64,000 nucleotides of DNA from Candidatus Moanibacter sp. (GTDB taxonomy: Bacteria; Verrucomicrobiota; Verrucomicrobiia; Opitutales; UBA2987): NCBI GenBank assembly GCA_965215885.1, contig CBDCEW010000090.1, positions 32,001-96,000 of the forward strand, written 5' to 3'. The notes under the pieces are model-generated. The model saw only the letters and a program-made list of their open reading frames with translations. It was not told where the DNA came from and did not search any database. The first letter of the stretch is position 1. Each line of letters begins with the position of its first letter. Below, one piece after another: positions 9,712 to 21,216 of the stretch. A program made the translations under genes and the position numbers.

Positions 9712-9967
9712 TCAGAGAGCGTTCGTATGAACATATGGCTGGCTGGGAAAGAGCCCACCCCCGGCCCTCCTTTGGATGAGTGTCCGATTTTCGATTACGA
9801 CTATGACGATTTACGATGGCCCGATGCTTACTCGCAAGTTCCGGGTAGTGCGGCCGGTTACCCGACCGCACCCCCCGCAGACCCCGACAAGCGTGATTAG
9901 CTCGACCGGTTCCTCAGTCGTAGATCGTAGCAGTAAAAATCGGAGGGCAATTAGATCTCGAGGACGA

Positions 9968-10171
9968 TTACGATCGGGATGGATACCTGTTAGTGGTCGC
10001 ACCGTTGTTCAAAAACATCGAAGGGATCGCAGCGAGGAGTCCAAAAATGAGTCCCGCCATGAGGCCGGACGTCATCGCTTCGTAAAGGCCACGGTGGCTG
10101 GACCAGAGCAGACCCATGAAAATACCGTATGGTACTCCCGTGCTAAGAATGATTCTCAGGATTGTATTCAT
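9968..10171 (-). CDS. Small hypothetical membrane protein, possibly a fragment
   Basis: Two hydrophobic Gly-rich helices; the 3' end runs into a repeat-rich stretch. Confidence 0.35.
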   Translation of the reverse strand: MNTILRIILSTGVPYGIFMGLLWSSHRGLYEAMTSGLMAGLIFGLLAAIPSMFLNNGATTNRYPSRS

Positions 10172-10489
10172 GATTTTTACATTTCCTTTAAGAATTATCC
10201 GTGCCAATTTTGAAAACATCGTTAAATGATTGTGACACAAAGATATAGAGATTTCATTCTCATACACATTGCATTGCGCTCATTGCAGAGGCATTGCGTC
10301 TGTGTTGCGATCGCTTGTCGTCCCGTGAAGTTTACGTGGTCCCAACCCGGTATTTGCCTTGACTTAGACTTTCTTCGAGTTGCTAAGATATGGGAGTTCA
10401 TGGACTTGTGACAGAAGAGGGTTTTGCCTGAATTGTCCCGGCTCGAGTTGGGAAGGGTCCGTGACTGAATAAAAAGCAGGAGTTAAGAC

Positions 10490-10872
10490 ATGGCGGGACC
10501 GAGTTCAGTTCTACTGGTTGACGACGAAGCGCATATCAGGTTGTACCTCAAGGCGCTCCTTAAGCGGTTGGGAGTAGAGACATTCTATGAGGCTTCGGAT
10601 GGGGAGCCCGCAATCGCTTTGTATGAGCAGGAGAAACCTGATTTGGTACTCCTGGATGTGAATATCCCGGCATGGACGGGTTGGAAGTCCTGGAGAGAAT
10701 CACCGCGAAGGATCCCGATGCTGTCGTAATCATGCTTACTGCGCAGGCCTCGAGAAAGGTAGTGGAGAGAAGCAGCGAAGGAGGAGCGCGACAGTATATC
10801 CGCAAGGATTCCCTCAAGGAAGAAATGATCAAGATTCTCGAAGAGACCTTTGCCGATATCTGGGGCGATTGA
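10490..10872 (+). pseudogene. CheY-like response regulator with a 1-bp frameshift
   Basis: LLVDDE...LVLLDVN(I)P continues in another frame as GMDGLEVL...MLTAQ...YIRK. Restoring one base at about 10666 (atcccggc to atgcccggc) joins the two parts. Confidence 0.85.
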
Positions 10873-10903
10873 GAGTGTATTGAGGACACGAAATACCATC
10901 AAA

Positions 10904-11110
10904 ATGAGCAAAGAAGAATCAACCGAATTGAAGGCAGATAGTTCACCGGGATCATTGCGTGAAGTGAGGTATTCTCTGAAGGAGCTCTTACAGAAGATGG
11001 AGCATGAGCGCACCGATTCGATGATAGCCAGGGAGATCGTAGATCAGTCAGAGATCTCTGATCTTTTTAAGAGCAAGTCCACCAAGAGAGGTTCAAGTGA
11101 AAAGAAATAA
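10904..11110 (+). CDS. Small hypothetical protein
   Basis: 68-aa ORF between the response regulator and the ATPase, overlapping the ATPase start. Confidence 0.55.
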   Translation: MSKEESTELKADSSPGSLREVRYSLKELLQKMEHERTDSMIAREIVDQSEISDLFKSKSTKRGSSEKK

Positions 11111-12803
11111 GGAATTTCTTGGGCTTCTTCTTGAGGAAGTGCCGTCCTCGTCGGCTAAGGAGGAAATCGAGCAGGTTCTCGATACCCATGAAGGCTTTAC
11201 TCTCGAAATGCTGGAACGCCTTATCTCGAGCGAGATTGTTTCAAAGGAAGTTGCGTGCAGGGTTTGGGGTAAGTCCATTGGGCATGCCTACGTCGATCCT
11301 ATCGTAACCATCACTACCGCTGAGGCGCTCGAAAAAGTGCCGCTCGATATCGCGCGAAAAGGGCGAGTGCTTGGACTCTACGTGATCGACAATGTCATGA
11401 CCGTTGCGACGGCAGAACCGGACGATGAGGACCTGTTGAAGAATCTTCGAAATATCGCTCAAATCGAGTTAAGTCCTGTTTTCGCTCTTCCTTCTGAGAT
11501 CGCTGATGCGATCGAAATTCATTACTCAACAGAGCTGTCGATAATCGAGTCGATCAAAGACTTCGAGAAAAAGGAGGGCAATCTCCTTGCGAAGCTTTCC
11601 CAGGAAGATCTCGCATCACTGAGCGAGTCCGAGTCGCTCATCAAAGTGCTCGATGCTCTATTGTATTTCGGAATTAAGCAGAATGCCTCGGATATTCATA
11701 TCGAACCTCGCGATAATGATTGCCGGGTGAGATTTCGTATCGACGGTAGGATGCAGGAGATCATTCAGATTTCCTCTACCGTTCATCCCGCCATCGTCTG
11801 CCGGCTCAAAGTAATGTCGCGGGTCGACGTCGTCGAATCTCGATTTCCTCAAGATGGTAGTTTCTCGCTAACGCTGGGAACAAACAGAGCCGATTTTCGT
11901 GCCTCCTTCATTCCTTCATCCCATGGCAACAATGTCGTGTTGAGGATACTACCGATGTCCGGAAAGAAGGAGATAATCTCTCTCGACGGCATGCTGGTTT
12001 CTCAAGATGTCCTTCGACCATTCCGCCGCCTGATCAAGAGCCCGAATGGCATCATTTTCGTCACGGGACCCACCGGGTCCGGGAAAACGACTACCCTGTA
12101 TGCCGCGCTTCATGAAATTGCCAAGCCTGAGATCAAGGTCGCTACGATTGAGGATCCGGTCGAAGTGCGTATGGATGGGATTGTACAGTCGCAGGTAAAT
12201 TCTTACATAGATTTGACTTTCGCACTGATCATGCGGTCGATTCTGCGCCAGGACCCCGACGTCATTCTGGTGGGTGAGATTCGCGATCACGAAACGGCGA
12301 AAATCGCAACCGAAGCGGCCCTCACTGGACACCTCGTCCTTTCGTCTCTGCACACAAATACCGCCATACAGGCGATCCTGCGGCTCGTGGAAATTGGAAT
12401 CGAACCGTTCCTCGTCGCCCCATCGATAATTGGGGTGATTGGCCAGAGATTGGCCGGCCGTATCTGCGACCATTGTAAGATCAGCTACAAACCCTCTCAG
12501 GCAGTCCTCAACCGATTTTTCTACGATTCAGCCGAGGCCGATGTTAGCTTCTATCGAGGATCGGGTTGCAGTTACTGCCGTGAGTCGGGATATCGGGGCC
12601 GCATCGCGTTTCATGAGCTTGTCGTCGTCACGGAAGAGATGCGAAATCTTATTTCTCGGAATGCAGGGCTTCAGGAATTGAAAGAAGCAGCGGAGGCGGT
12701 TGGCTATAAGTCGTTGCGTTATGATGGATTGCTTAAGGTGCTGCTTGGAATGACGACAGTCGAAGAGATTGAGAAACATACGTCCCTGGAGTGGTCGCAA
12801 TAA
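11097..12803 (+). CDS. GspE/PilB-family secretion/pilus assembly ATPase
   Basis: ASDIHIEP, Walker A GPTGSGKTTT, TIEDPVE, LRQDPDVILVGEIRD, TGHLVLSSLHTN and a CxxC...CxxC zinc motif. Confidence 0.95.
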   Translation: MKRNKEFLGLLLEEVPSSSAKEEIEQVLDTHEGFTLEMLERLISSEIVSKEVACRVWGKSIGHAYVDPIVTITTAEALEKVPLDIARKGRVLGLYVIDNVMTVATAEPDDEDLLKNLRNIAQIELSPVFALPSEIADAIEIHYSTELSIIESIKDFEKKEGNLLAKLSQEDLASLSESESLIKVLDALLYFGIKQNASDIHIEPRDNDCRVRFRIDGRMQEIIQISSTVHPAIVCRLKVMSRVDVVESRFPQDGSFSLTLGTNRADFRASFIPSSHGNNVVLRILPMSGKKEIISLDGMLVSQDVLRPFRRLIKSPNGIIFVTGPTGSGKTTTLYAALHEIAKPEIKVATIEDPVEVRMDGIVQSQVNSYIDLTFALIMRSILRQDPDVILVGEIRDHETAKIATEAALTGHLVLSSLHTNTAIQAILRLVEIGIEPFLVAPSIIGVIGQRLAGRICDHCKISYKPSQAVLNRFFYDSAEADVSFYRGSGCSYCRESGYRGRIAFHELVVVTEEMRNLISRNAGLQELKEAAEAVGYKSLRYDGLLKVLLGMTTVEEIEKHTSLEWSQ

Positions 12804-12926
12804 TCTCACGGATTTGTAATCGATTGAGGAATCATTCGTAACGTTTTCGGCAGAGCCCTCTCAGGCGGAATAGAGACTGAGGATGGTCTTGCCAGTCACT
12901 TCTCGAATTTTTGAAACAATAGGTCT

Positions 12927-13343
12927 ATGGGCAGTAACGATTCGCAACTATCTGAAAAGAAGCTGATTTTGATTGCGGAGGATTATCCTCAGAATATGCT
13001 CCAAGCGGTGAGCGTGACAAGGCGTCTCGGATACCAAGTTGAGGAGGCTGGTAACGGACGCGAAGCATATCAAAAGTCAGTGGAGAGGCACCCCTTTCTC
13101 GTCTTGATGGATATACTCATGCCGACCATGGATGGCTTGACCAGCATAAAGGTGCTAAAGGCCAATCCGGAAACGAGAGATATTCCAATTATTGTTTTGA
13201 CTTCTCTCGGCGCCGACGGCGACTGCGAAAAGTGTCTCCAGGCTGGAGCCGATGGATATTTGAAGAAACCGATAAAGGAAGGGGAGCTCAGAGCCAAGAT
13301 TTCAGAAATAACAGGAAGGGAGGATCCAAAGCGCGATGTATAA
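12927..13343 (+). CDS. Single-domain response regulator
   Basis: IAED, LMDILMP, VLTS and KKP receiver motifs. Confidence 0.9.
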   Translation: MGSNDSQLSEKKLILIAEDYPQNMLQAVSVTRRLGYQVEEAGNGREAYQKSVERHPFLVLMDILMPTMDGLTSIKVLKANPETRDIPIIVLTSLGADGDCEKCLQAGADGYLKKPIKEGELRAKISEITGREDPKRDV

Positions 13344-14136
13344 GGTAAGTACCCTGTATCTCGACCTGAGTGCCGGTAAGGCATCGGAGGATCTTAGCAG
13401 GAAGGAATTCGAAAGCGTGGAAGACAGGGAGCTACTGGATTATCTGGAGAAGTTTGTTCAAATTCGCCTTTCTTCGGATGCTTCTTTCACCCCAATTCTG
13501 CAAGTCACTTCGACGTCCGGAGTATTTCGGATCGAAAGGAGCAATGGAATGCTCCTTGTCTCCAATACGAGTGACCCAAACCTGATAAATATTGAAGCTT
13601 CGCCGGATGAGGCATTCAAAATCGTTACCGGCGTTGATTCCGCTCCGTCGGTTGAATTATCAGAACGGCGTGCCGAGAGTAGCTTCACCAGAGCCTATTT
13701 AGTTCCCATCGTCGTGCTGGCCGTTCTTCTGGGGATCGGAGCGGCGATTGGAAACCGGGTGATGAGGAAAGAAGAACCGTTGTTTCCGAAAGTTGATACT
13801 CCTGAAATCATTGACAGCGTTCGCATCAGCGAGTTGGAGGAAGAGTTTACGGGCGTGTTTGTTACCGGTAGGTCCACGGGGGACAGGATCATCGCTCTTT
13901 CACAGAATGGAAGAGTTGAGTTCCTGGAGTTTGTGGATTCGTTATCAGATGGGAAACCGGCCGGGGTAATGAACGCGAGGCGAAGCTACACATTCGCTGA
14001 GAAGCGCGATCGCCTCTTTGCGGTCGCCGATGGGATACACGTAATCAACTTGCTGCAGGCCGGTGAGATCGAATACTACGAGGATCGATACGAACGATTT
14101 CCGGGTTCGATCGACGCTCTCTTGGGGGAAGAGTAG
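13336..14136 (+). CDS. Hypothetical single-pass membrane protein
   Basis: 266-aa ORF with a central hydrophobic helix, overlapping the upstream gene. Confidence 0.7.
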   Translation: MYKVSTLYLDLSAGKASEDLSRKEFESVEDRELLDYLEKFVQIRLSSDASFTPILQVTSTSGVFRIERSNGMLLVSNTSDPNLINIEASPDEAFKIVTGVDSAPSVELSERRAESSFTRAYLVPIVVLAVLLGIGAAIGNRVMRKEEPLFPKVDTPEIIDSVRISELEEEFTGVFVTGRSTGDRIIALSQNGRVEFLEFVDSLSDGKPAGVMNARRSYTFAEKRDRLFAVADGIHVINLLQAGEIEYYEDRYERFPGSIDALLGEE

Positions 14137-14155
14137 GAATCAGCCCGATGGCGGA

Positions 14156-14671
14156 CTAGTCATCACCTCCGAGGCTGATGCTCCCAAGAATATATAAGGG
14201 CTGATGCTCAAAGCCAAGACGGAAGCTACCGGTCGAAAGAACTCCGTCGTCGATAATCGAATCGATCTCTCTGAGTTGCGTACGGGAAGCCATGATTCCG
14301 TTATCCAATGTTTGGCGAATTACAATAACTGCTTCGAATAGTTCGCCCCGATTATAGGAGTAGTTCCTCCACACGTAATTTCCGTCGATCGGAGTTCTCC
14401 GAGACCAACTCGTTTCACCCAGGAACCCTTCCATTCCTTCCGGAATCGTTCCGCCTCGGGGAGTTCTGCTGGGCCATTGCCCATTTTCAAGTTCGAACCG
14501 TTGGAAGGCGCCCCCGAAGACGCGCAAATCATTGCCTACGATCGAATTCTGGCTGGACCGCATGATCTGACGAAATCCCGGTATAGCGAGAGCGCCGAGG
14601 ATGCCAATGATGAGTCCGACGACGGAAAGCTCAATAAGTGTGAATCCGCGGTTATTTCGGAATCGACTCAT
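14156..14671 (-). CDS. Type IV pilin / pseudopilin-like protein
   Basis: Class III signal peptide RG|FTLIELSVVGLIIGILGALAIP. Start taken at MSRFRNN (14671). Confidence 0.9.
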   Translation of the reverse strand: MSRFRNNRGFTLIELSVVGLIIGILGALAIPGFRQIMRSSQNSIVGNDLRVFGGAFQRFELENGQWPSRTPRGGTIPEGMEGFLGETSWSRRTPIDGNYVWRNYSYNRGELFEAVIVIRQTLDNGIMASRTQLREIDSIIDDGVLSTGSFRLGFEHQPLYILGSISLGGDD

Positions 14672-16228
14672 GTATTCTGTAGCTGAGTTAGAAGGTTGGA
14701 TGAATACTTTAGATAAATCGAGCCTTTTGTTCACTTGCCAGATAGCAGCCATCCAGTTAAGAGATTGGGAGACAGATCAAATTTTTCGTGAAGTTGGCCG
14801 ATGCTCCTTCTTTTCCCAGGCTTTCTAATCGTTGAATTTGGTGAACGACACCCTAAAAGACTATTCTATTCGTCTTTCTCAGATGGAACCACTAAGGCTT
14901 GATCCCATACTGCGAAAAATGGAACTTAGGCATTTTCCTTCACGCTAAACACGTTTTGCAAAAGGACAGAAATGATCAAGTTCAAGCAATGAACAAAAAA
15001 AACCAAAATAAGCTCGAGATAGAATTCGCGGAAAAGGACGCGGAGCTCAAACAGCTAAAATCGGAGTTGGCGGCGAGCGTCGCGCTGCAAAAGAAAGCGG
15101 AGGACGCTCAGAAGTTCAGCCAGCAGTGCCTCGATCTCGCTCTCAAACATGGAAACGTCTCCTATTGGAACATTGGGTTGGACTACGGCCATTTCGAATT
15201 CAGCGAGCGCTATGCTGAGACGTTCGATTTCGCGCTTGAGGCACTGCCTGACGCCCGGCGCGTCCAAGAGCGGTGGTACGAGTCGATGCACGAGGAGGAT
15301 CGCGAGGCGGTGCGGGAAACGTTCCGCAAGATGGATGAAGAGCGTCGCGATGGCTGTCAGTGGTCGGCACGTTTCCGTCGTTTATCGGGTGATTGGAGAT
15401 ACATCGATGCTTACGAAATTGTAGTGGCTAGAGACGAAGGAGGAAAAAGGTCTCATATGGCCGGCATCGGGTTTGACGTCACGGAACAAAAACGTGCGGA
15501 GGATGAAGCCTTGCAGGCCCAGGAGGCATTGCGGAAAGGTGAGGAACAGCAGCGGGTAATCATGAACGCAATTGGCGATCTTGTTGACCAGATTACTCCG
15601 TCCGGAGAGGTCATATACGCCAACGAACCATGCCTGAATTTCTATAGGAGAGCCGGTCTGAAGAAGGACGAGATTATCAATGGGTCCGTCTTTGATTTAG
15701 TGCCTGAGGATCACGCCGAAAAGATACGCGAAAAGATAGCGGGATGCAATCCAGAGAATCCTGTTTGGGCGCATGAGCACGAATTTTTGGACGGAGACGG
15801 GGAAGCCCATCATATGCTTTGGAAAGACCAGGCGCTTTTTGACGAGCAAGGTAACTTGTCGAGCATCGTGGGAACTGGGAGGGATATTACTGGGGAAAAG
15901 AAGGCGGAGTTGGCGATAAAAAGGGCGCAGGAGGCATTGCGGAAAAGTGAGGAACAGCACCGCATAATAATGGATGCGGTGGCCGATCCAATTGACCAGA
16001 TTACCCCATCGGGGGATATCATCTTCTCCAACAAAGCTTACCTGAAATTTTACGGAAAATCAGGAATCGAGAGAGACGAAATCATTGGAGCGAACATCTT
16101 CGATTTAGTGCCCCCGGAGCATGTCGATACCATTCGCGAGAAAATTGCCGAGCTTAGTCTGGAGACTCCAATCTTTGAACACAAAGAGGAATTCACTACT
16201 GTCCGGTTGTTTTTCTAGGAACGCAGGT

Positions 16229-16241
16229 TAATCGATTGATA
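16229..16241 (-). promoter_or_regulatory. IHF-consensus site near the IS4 left end
   Basis: TATCAATCGATTA matches WATCAANNNNTTR exactly, 36-48 bp inside the end. Also present in copy 2 (26440-26452). Confidence 0.5.
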
Positions 16242-16329
16242 ACCAACATTTTACATATGATTTCTGCTGTTTTCGACTTGAAATTGCAAAAAGCCTTGTG
16301 GACTCTCAAAAATTTCGAGGGTCCAAATC

Positions 16330-17526
16330 ATGTATACAGGTCGATTCGTTTTTTCTCAAATCATAGATTATCTTCCGCGCCATCAGTTCCATCGTTGCGT
16401 CCAACGCTACGGAGGCGACTACAAAGTTCAAAAGTTCAGTTGCTTCGAACAATTTCTCTGCATGGGTTTTGCCGAGTTGACCTACCGGGAGAGTCTGCGC
16501 GACATCGAAACCTGCCTGCGGGCAGTACAACCAAAACTATACCACGCAGGGATTCGAAGCGGAGTATCCAAAAGCACGCTCGCCGATGCCAACGAGAAAC
16601 GAGACTGGCGCATCTACGCCGACTTTGCACAGGTCCTCATCGCAATGGCTCGTCCTTTGTATTCAAACGAGGATCTGGGCATCGACCTGGACAATACGCT
16701 CTACGCTCTGGACTCCACCACGATCGATCTATGTCTATCACTCTTCCCGTGGGCACGTTTCCGCAAGCACAAGGGGGCGGTGAAGGTCCATACGCTTCTC
16801 GATCTCAGAGGCTCTATCCCTTATTTTATCGAGATTACCGATGGAAAAGTTCACGACGTAAACATTCTGGATCTCATCATCCCCGAGGCCATTCTGGATC
16901 TCATCATCCCCGAGGCCGGTGCTTACTATGTAATGGACCGAGCCTATCTGCATTACGAGCGCCTCTATCGGATCGCACAATGCGGTTCTTTCTTCGTCAC
17001 ACGCGCCCGCCGCGGCTTTCAGTTTCGCCGCCTCTACTCTCAAAAGGTCGACAAATCAACCGGTCTGCGTTCGGACCAGACCGTTGCCCTGGTCAGCTTC
17101 TATCCTGCCAAGGCCTACCCCGAAAGACTCCGGCGTATCACTTACCTCGATCCCGACAGTTCCGAGCGCTTCGTGTTTCTCACCAACCAGTTTGCCCTCC
17201 CAGCCATAATCATCACCCAGATTTACCGTTTACGCTGGCAGATCGAATTGTTCTTCAAATGGATCAAACAGCACTTGCGCATCAAGAGCTTTTTCGGCAC
17301 CTCCGAGAATGCTGTGAAGACTCAAATCTGGATTGCCGTCAGCGTCTATGTGCTCATCGCCATCATCCGCAAACGCCTTCGCCTGGAGATCAGTTTGCAC
17401 AAAATCCTACAGATTCTCAGCTTCACCCTATTTGAGAAAACTCCTATGACTGAACTACTTACAGAAACCGATTACACTTTCAATGAACACCGCATTCCTA
17501 AACAGTTGGAGTTGTTTGACTTATAA
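16330..17526 (+). CDS. IS4-family transposase (DUF4372 N-terminus) with a 9-aa internal duplication
   Basis: ALDSTTIDL, MDRAY and YRLRWQIELFFKWIK (YREK) motifs; ILDLIIPEA occurs twice. Confidence 0.95.
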   Translation: MYTGRFVFSQIIDYLPRHQFHRCVQRYGGDYKVQKFSCFEQFLCMGFAELTYRESLRDIETCLRAVQPKLYHAGIRSGVSKSTLADANEKRDWRIYADFAQVLIAMARPLYSNEDLGIDLDNTLYALDSTTIDLCLSLFPWARFRKHKGAVKVHTLLDLRGSIPYFIEITDGKVHDVNILDLIIPEAILDLIIPEAGAYYVMDRAYLHYERLYRIAQCGSFFVTRARRGFQFRRLYSQKVDKSTGLRSDQTVALVSFYPAKAYPERLRRITYLDPDSSERFVFLTNQFALPAIIITQIYRLRWQIELFFKWIKQHLRIKSFFGTSENAVKTQIWIAVSVYVLIAIIRKRLRLEISLHKILQILSFTLFEKTPMTELLTETDYTFNEHRIPKQLELFDL

Positions 17527-20500
17527 CCGGACAGTACTGAGAGGAATTTACAAATGAGGAAGGAGAGGAATTCCACCTGTTCTGGAGAGATCAGGGCTTG
17601 TTTGACGAAGATGGAATCCTGACGGGCATCGTGGCAGTTGGGAGGGATTTCACCGCTGAAAAGAAAGCGGAAGCGGAGATAAAGTGGGCACAGGATGCTC
17701 TGCGCAAGAGCGAAGAGCAGTATCGCCTCGTCGTTGAATCGCAGTCTGAAATGATCAATCAGTTCAGGCCGGATGGGGAGATAATTTTCCTTAACAACAA
17801 CTACCGCAACTTTGTCGAGCGAGTCTGGGGCTACCATAAAGTAACTACCGGTATCAATCTTTTCGGAGTCGTCGATGAGAATACGGGTACGTGGATCAAG
17901 CGGGAAATCGGAATACTTAAGACGGAGGAAGATCGGTGGGAGCATGAGGAATGCATTCGTGATTTAGATGGGATAGAGATTTTCGTCCGATGGGAAAACA
18001 AGGCCCTGTTCGACGAAGAAGGCAGGGTAACTTCGTTTCTTAGCGTTGGTCGCGATGTTACGTTGGAGCGGAAAGCCGAAGAAAAAATCAGGGAAGTCCA
18101 GGAGGCCCTTCGGAAGAGAGAGCAACAGCACCGCGTGATCATGGACGGAATTCCCGACATGATTGACCAGGTAACTCCAGAAGGAGAGATTATCTATTCC
18201 AATAGATCACGACGGGAATTTCTGAGAGATGCCGGAGTGGAAGAGAGTGGCGGTGTAGGAGCGAATATTTTTGACCACATGGCCTCCGAGGATGCGATTG
18301 AACTTCGCGAAAACTTCGAGAACTTCGATCCGGAGCATCCAATCTCTCAGCATGAAATGATATTTATCGGCGCAAACGGTCAGAAATATCACCTCCGATG
18401 GAGAAATCAGGCGCTGTTTGATGACGACGGAAAGGTCTCGAGCGTTGTCGGAATCGGGCGGGACTTTACCTCGGAAAAGCGAGCGGAAGGAGAAATCAGA
18501 CGGGTTCAGGAGGCACTCAGCCAGCGCGAAGCCCAATACCGGCTCGTTGTCGAATCACAGTCGGAGATAATCAATCAATTCGAACCCTCAGGAGAGATTA
18601 TATTCTGTAACAAGAATTACGAAGACTACTTTGAGAGGTCGTGGACATCGGAAAAGGGACGGATCGGGTCGAACTTGTTCGAAAATGTGGATAAAGATAC
18701 CGCCGATCTAATAAAAAGGGAACTCTCCAAACTGAAAACAGAAGATGACCGGTGGGTGTATGAAGAACGCAATAAAGAAAGTGACGATAGAGAGATCTTG
18801 GTGCATTGGGAGAATAAGGCGCTCTTTGATGCCGACGGCAAAGTATGGAGTTATCTGAGTGTTGGCCGCGATATCACAGAAGCCAAGTTAGCCGAGCAGA
18901 AAATACTGAGAACGCAAGAAGCGCTTCGCCAGAGTGAGGAGCGAAACCGGCTGATTCTCGACCGTGCCTTCGCCGCTGTTGTCAGTATGGACCTGGAAGG
19001 AAGGATCACGGCCTGGAATTTTCGCGCCGAAGAAACGTTTGGTTGGTCGAAGGATGAAGCAATCGGTCGATTGGTAGGAGAGACGATTATACCGGTTCGT
19101 TACAGGGAAAGACACAGGAAGGGCTTGGAGTTGTAATTGAGGACAGGCAAATCGAGAATAATTGATAACGTCATCGAGATAGAGGCACTACATCGTGATG
19201 GGCACGAATTTCCGGTCGATATCGCCATTACCCATATCCAACTTCCAGGCGGTAGACTATTTACAGCGTTTATTCGCGACATCTCGGACCGAAAGAAGGC
19301 CGAGGAGGCGCTTCGGAAACAGGAAGAGCGCTTCCGTCTGCTTGTGCAGAATTCCACGGATCTTGTTGTTATTCTGGATGAAAATCTCAAGCGGCGATAC
19401 GTAAGCCCCTCCTTCGGACGAATCACTGGATTCAAGCCCGAAGAAACAATCGGAAGCGATGGGTTGGGTTTTGTCCATCCCGAGGATCGACCACGCCTCC
19501 AGGCGGAGTACGCGAAGAGTCGTAAGGATCCGGAGTATATTGTCAGGGCGGACTATCGATTGCGCCATGCCGATGGATCGTGGGTTTATATGGAGGGAAT
19601 TGCTACGAATCTCTTGAGCGAGCCCAGTGTGAACGGATTCGTTGTGAACAGTCGCGATGTCTCAGAGCGAAAGCGGTCAGAAGAAGAGTTGCGAAAAGCC
19701 AAAGAAGCGGCCGAGTCGGCAACGCGCGCCAAGAGCGAATTCCTGGCCAACATGAGTCATGAAATTCGGACGTCGATGAATGCAATTCTGGGATTTTCGG
19801 AGTTACTCGAACGGAAAATCGAAGACGCGAGTCTGAAGCATTATCTGGACTCGATATCATCAAGTGGAAGGACGCTTCTCGGTTTGATTAACGACCTGCT
19901 CGATCTTTCAAAAATCGAGGCCGGGAAGTTGAACATAGAGTGGGAGCCGGTTAATGTGGGCACCGTGTTTGAGGAGATCAGGGACATTTTTGAGTTACGA
20001 ACAAAGGAGAAGAATCTGGATCTATTTCTGGACATTGATGCGGCGCTCCCGAGTTGGATTCTGCTCGACGAAGTGCGCGTGCGGCAGGTGCTTTTCAACC
20101 TCGTTGGAAACGCGATAAAATTCACGGAATCCGGTCATGTTCGATTACTCGTGGAAAAAGCTTATGATGAAGTAGACGAGAGTAAGCTGGATTTGAGCTT
20201 TTCAGTCGAAGATACGGGTGTAGGCATCAAGGCAGAAGAACAGGATCGAATCTTTGAGGAATTTGAACAGCAGAGCGGACAGAGTTCGCGAATCTTCGGC
20301 GGAACGGGACTGGGCCTGTCGATTACGAAACGGCTTGTGAATTTAATGGGTGGAACGATCGAGGTAGAGAGTGAAGTAGGGAAGGGGACAACGGTAAAAG
20401 TTGTATTGAAGGACCTCGAGGTGGCATCTGTAGACGAAGATGCGAGAAAGACGGATGATGAGGACTTCGAAGAGGTGATTTTTGATCCTGCTACCGTGCT

Positions 20501-21216
20501 CGTGGTGGAAGATAATAACCTTAACCGGGCCCTTGTAAGAGAACTTCTCGAAAACACGGGGTTGACGATTCTGGAAGCAGAAAACGGTCTCGAAGCCGTA
20601 GAAGCGGCGGTAAGGAATCATCCGGAATTGATCCTGATGGATATCTCAATGCCGGTAATGAATGGTCGAGAGGCCTCAAAGTCGATCAGGGAGAATTCGG
20701 AAATTGGCTCCACGCCGATCATAGTATTGACCGCTTCGTCTTCGAGCAGGGAAGCTGTTATGACACCCGAACTTGCTCTAGACGGGTACCTTTCGAAGCC
20801 GGTGCAGCGATCTCATATGATCAATGAAATAAAACGATTCCTGTCTCATCGGCGGCTGACGGAGACGACCGCGGAAACCAGGTCGGAAGGTTCGGTCGAA
20901 GAGAGTCCCGTGAGCGATCCGCTCATTCCGATCGACCCTGCCCGCAGGAGTTCGCTTCGGAACCTCGTTGAACGTCTCAAAGGTGAGATAATGGAAGAAT
21001 ACGAAGTGTGTGCCAAGAGGAGGAGGGTGGCAAGAATTCGAGCGTTCGCTGAGAAGATCGGCCGTATGGGAAAGGAGCATGACGTGCAGGATCTCACGGA
21101 TTTCTCCAATGAACTCAGCGCAGTTCTGGCAAGTCTCGACGTCGCCAAAATGGCCCACAAGCTGGGTGAGTATCCGCGAATCGTAGACCGGATAGAGAAC
21201 CGGGTTGCTTAGGCAC

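Larger units (their letters stand above)
16194..17539 (+). mobile_element. IS4-family element, copy 1 (1346 bp)
   Basis: TIRs CACTACTGTCCGGTT / CAGTACTGTCCGGTT (rc); 9-bp TSD AGAGGAATT (16185-16193, 17540-17548). Confidence 0.95.
14989..21212 (+). pseudogene. Large multi-PAS (about 8 PAS/PAC) hybrid histidine kinase, interrupted by IS4 and an in-frame stop
   Basis: Removing the IS4 and one TSD rejoins HKEE|FTNEEGEEFHLFWRDQGLFD in frame. In-frame TAA at 19134-19136. [11 protein letters not shown], HATPase and REC domains follow. Confidence 0.9.

Noticed and set aside
16236..17435. 399-aa alternative-frame ORF in IS4 (and the 407-aa ORF at 25273-26496)
   Set aside because: Arg/Ser/Pro-rich shadow frame of the transposase with no motifs; it appears twice only because the IS is duplicated.
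19134..19136. Programmed stop readthrough or recoding
   Set aside because: The stop is TAA, in a gene already disrupted by an IS, at a position where Tyr would fit. A nonsense mutation is simpler, and other genes end normally at TAA.
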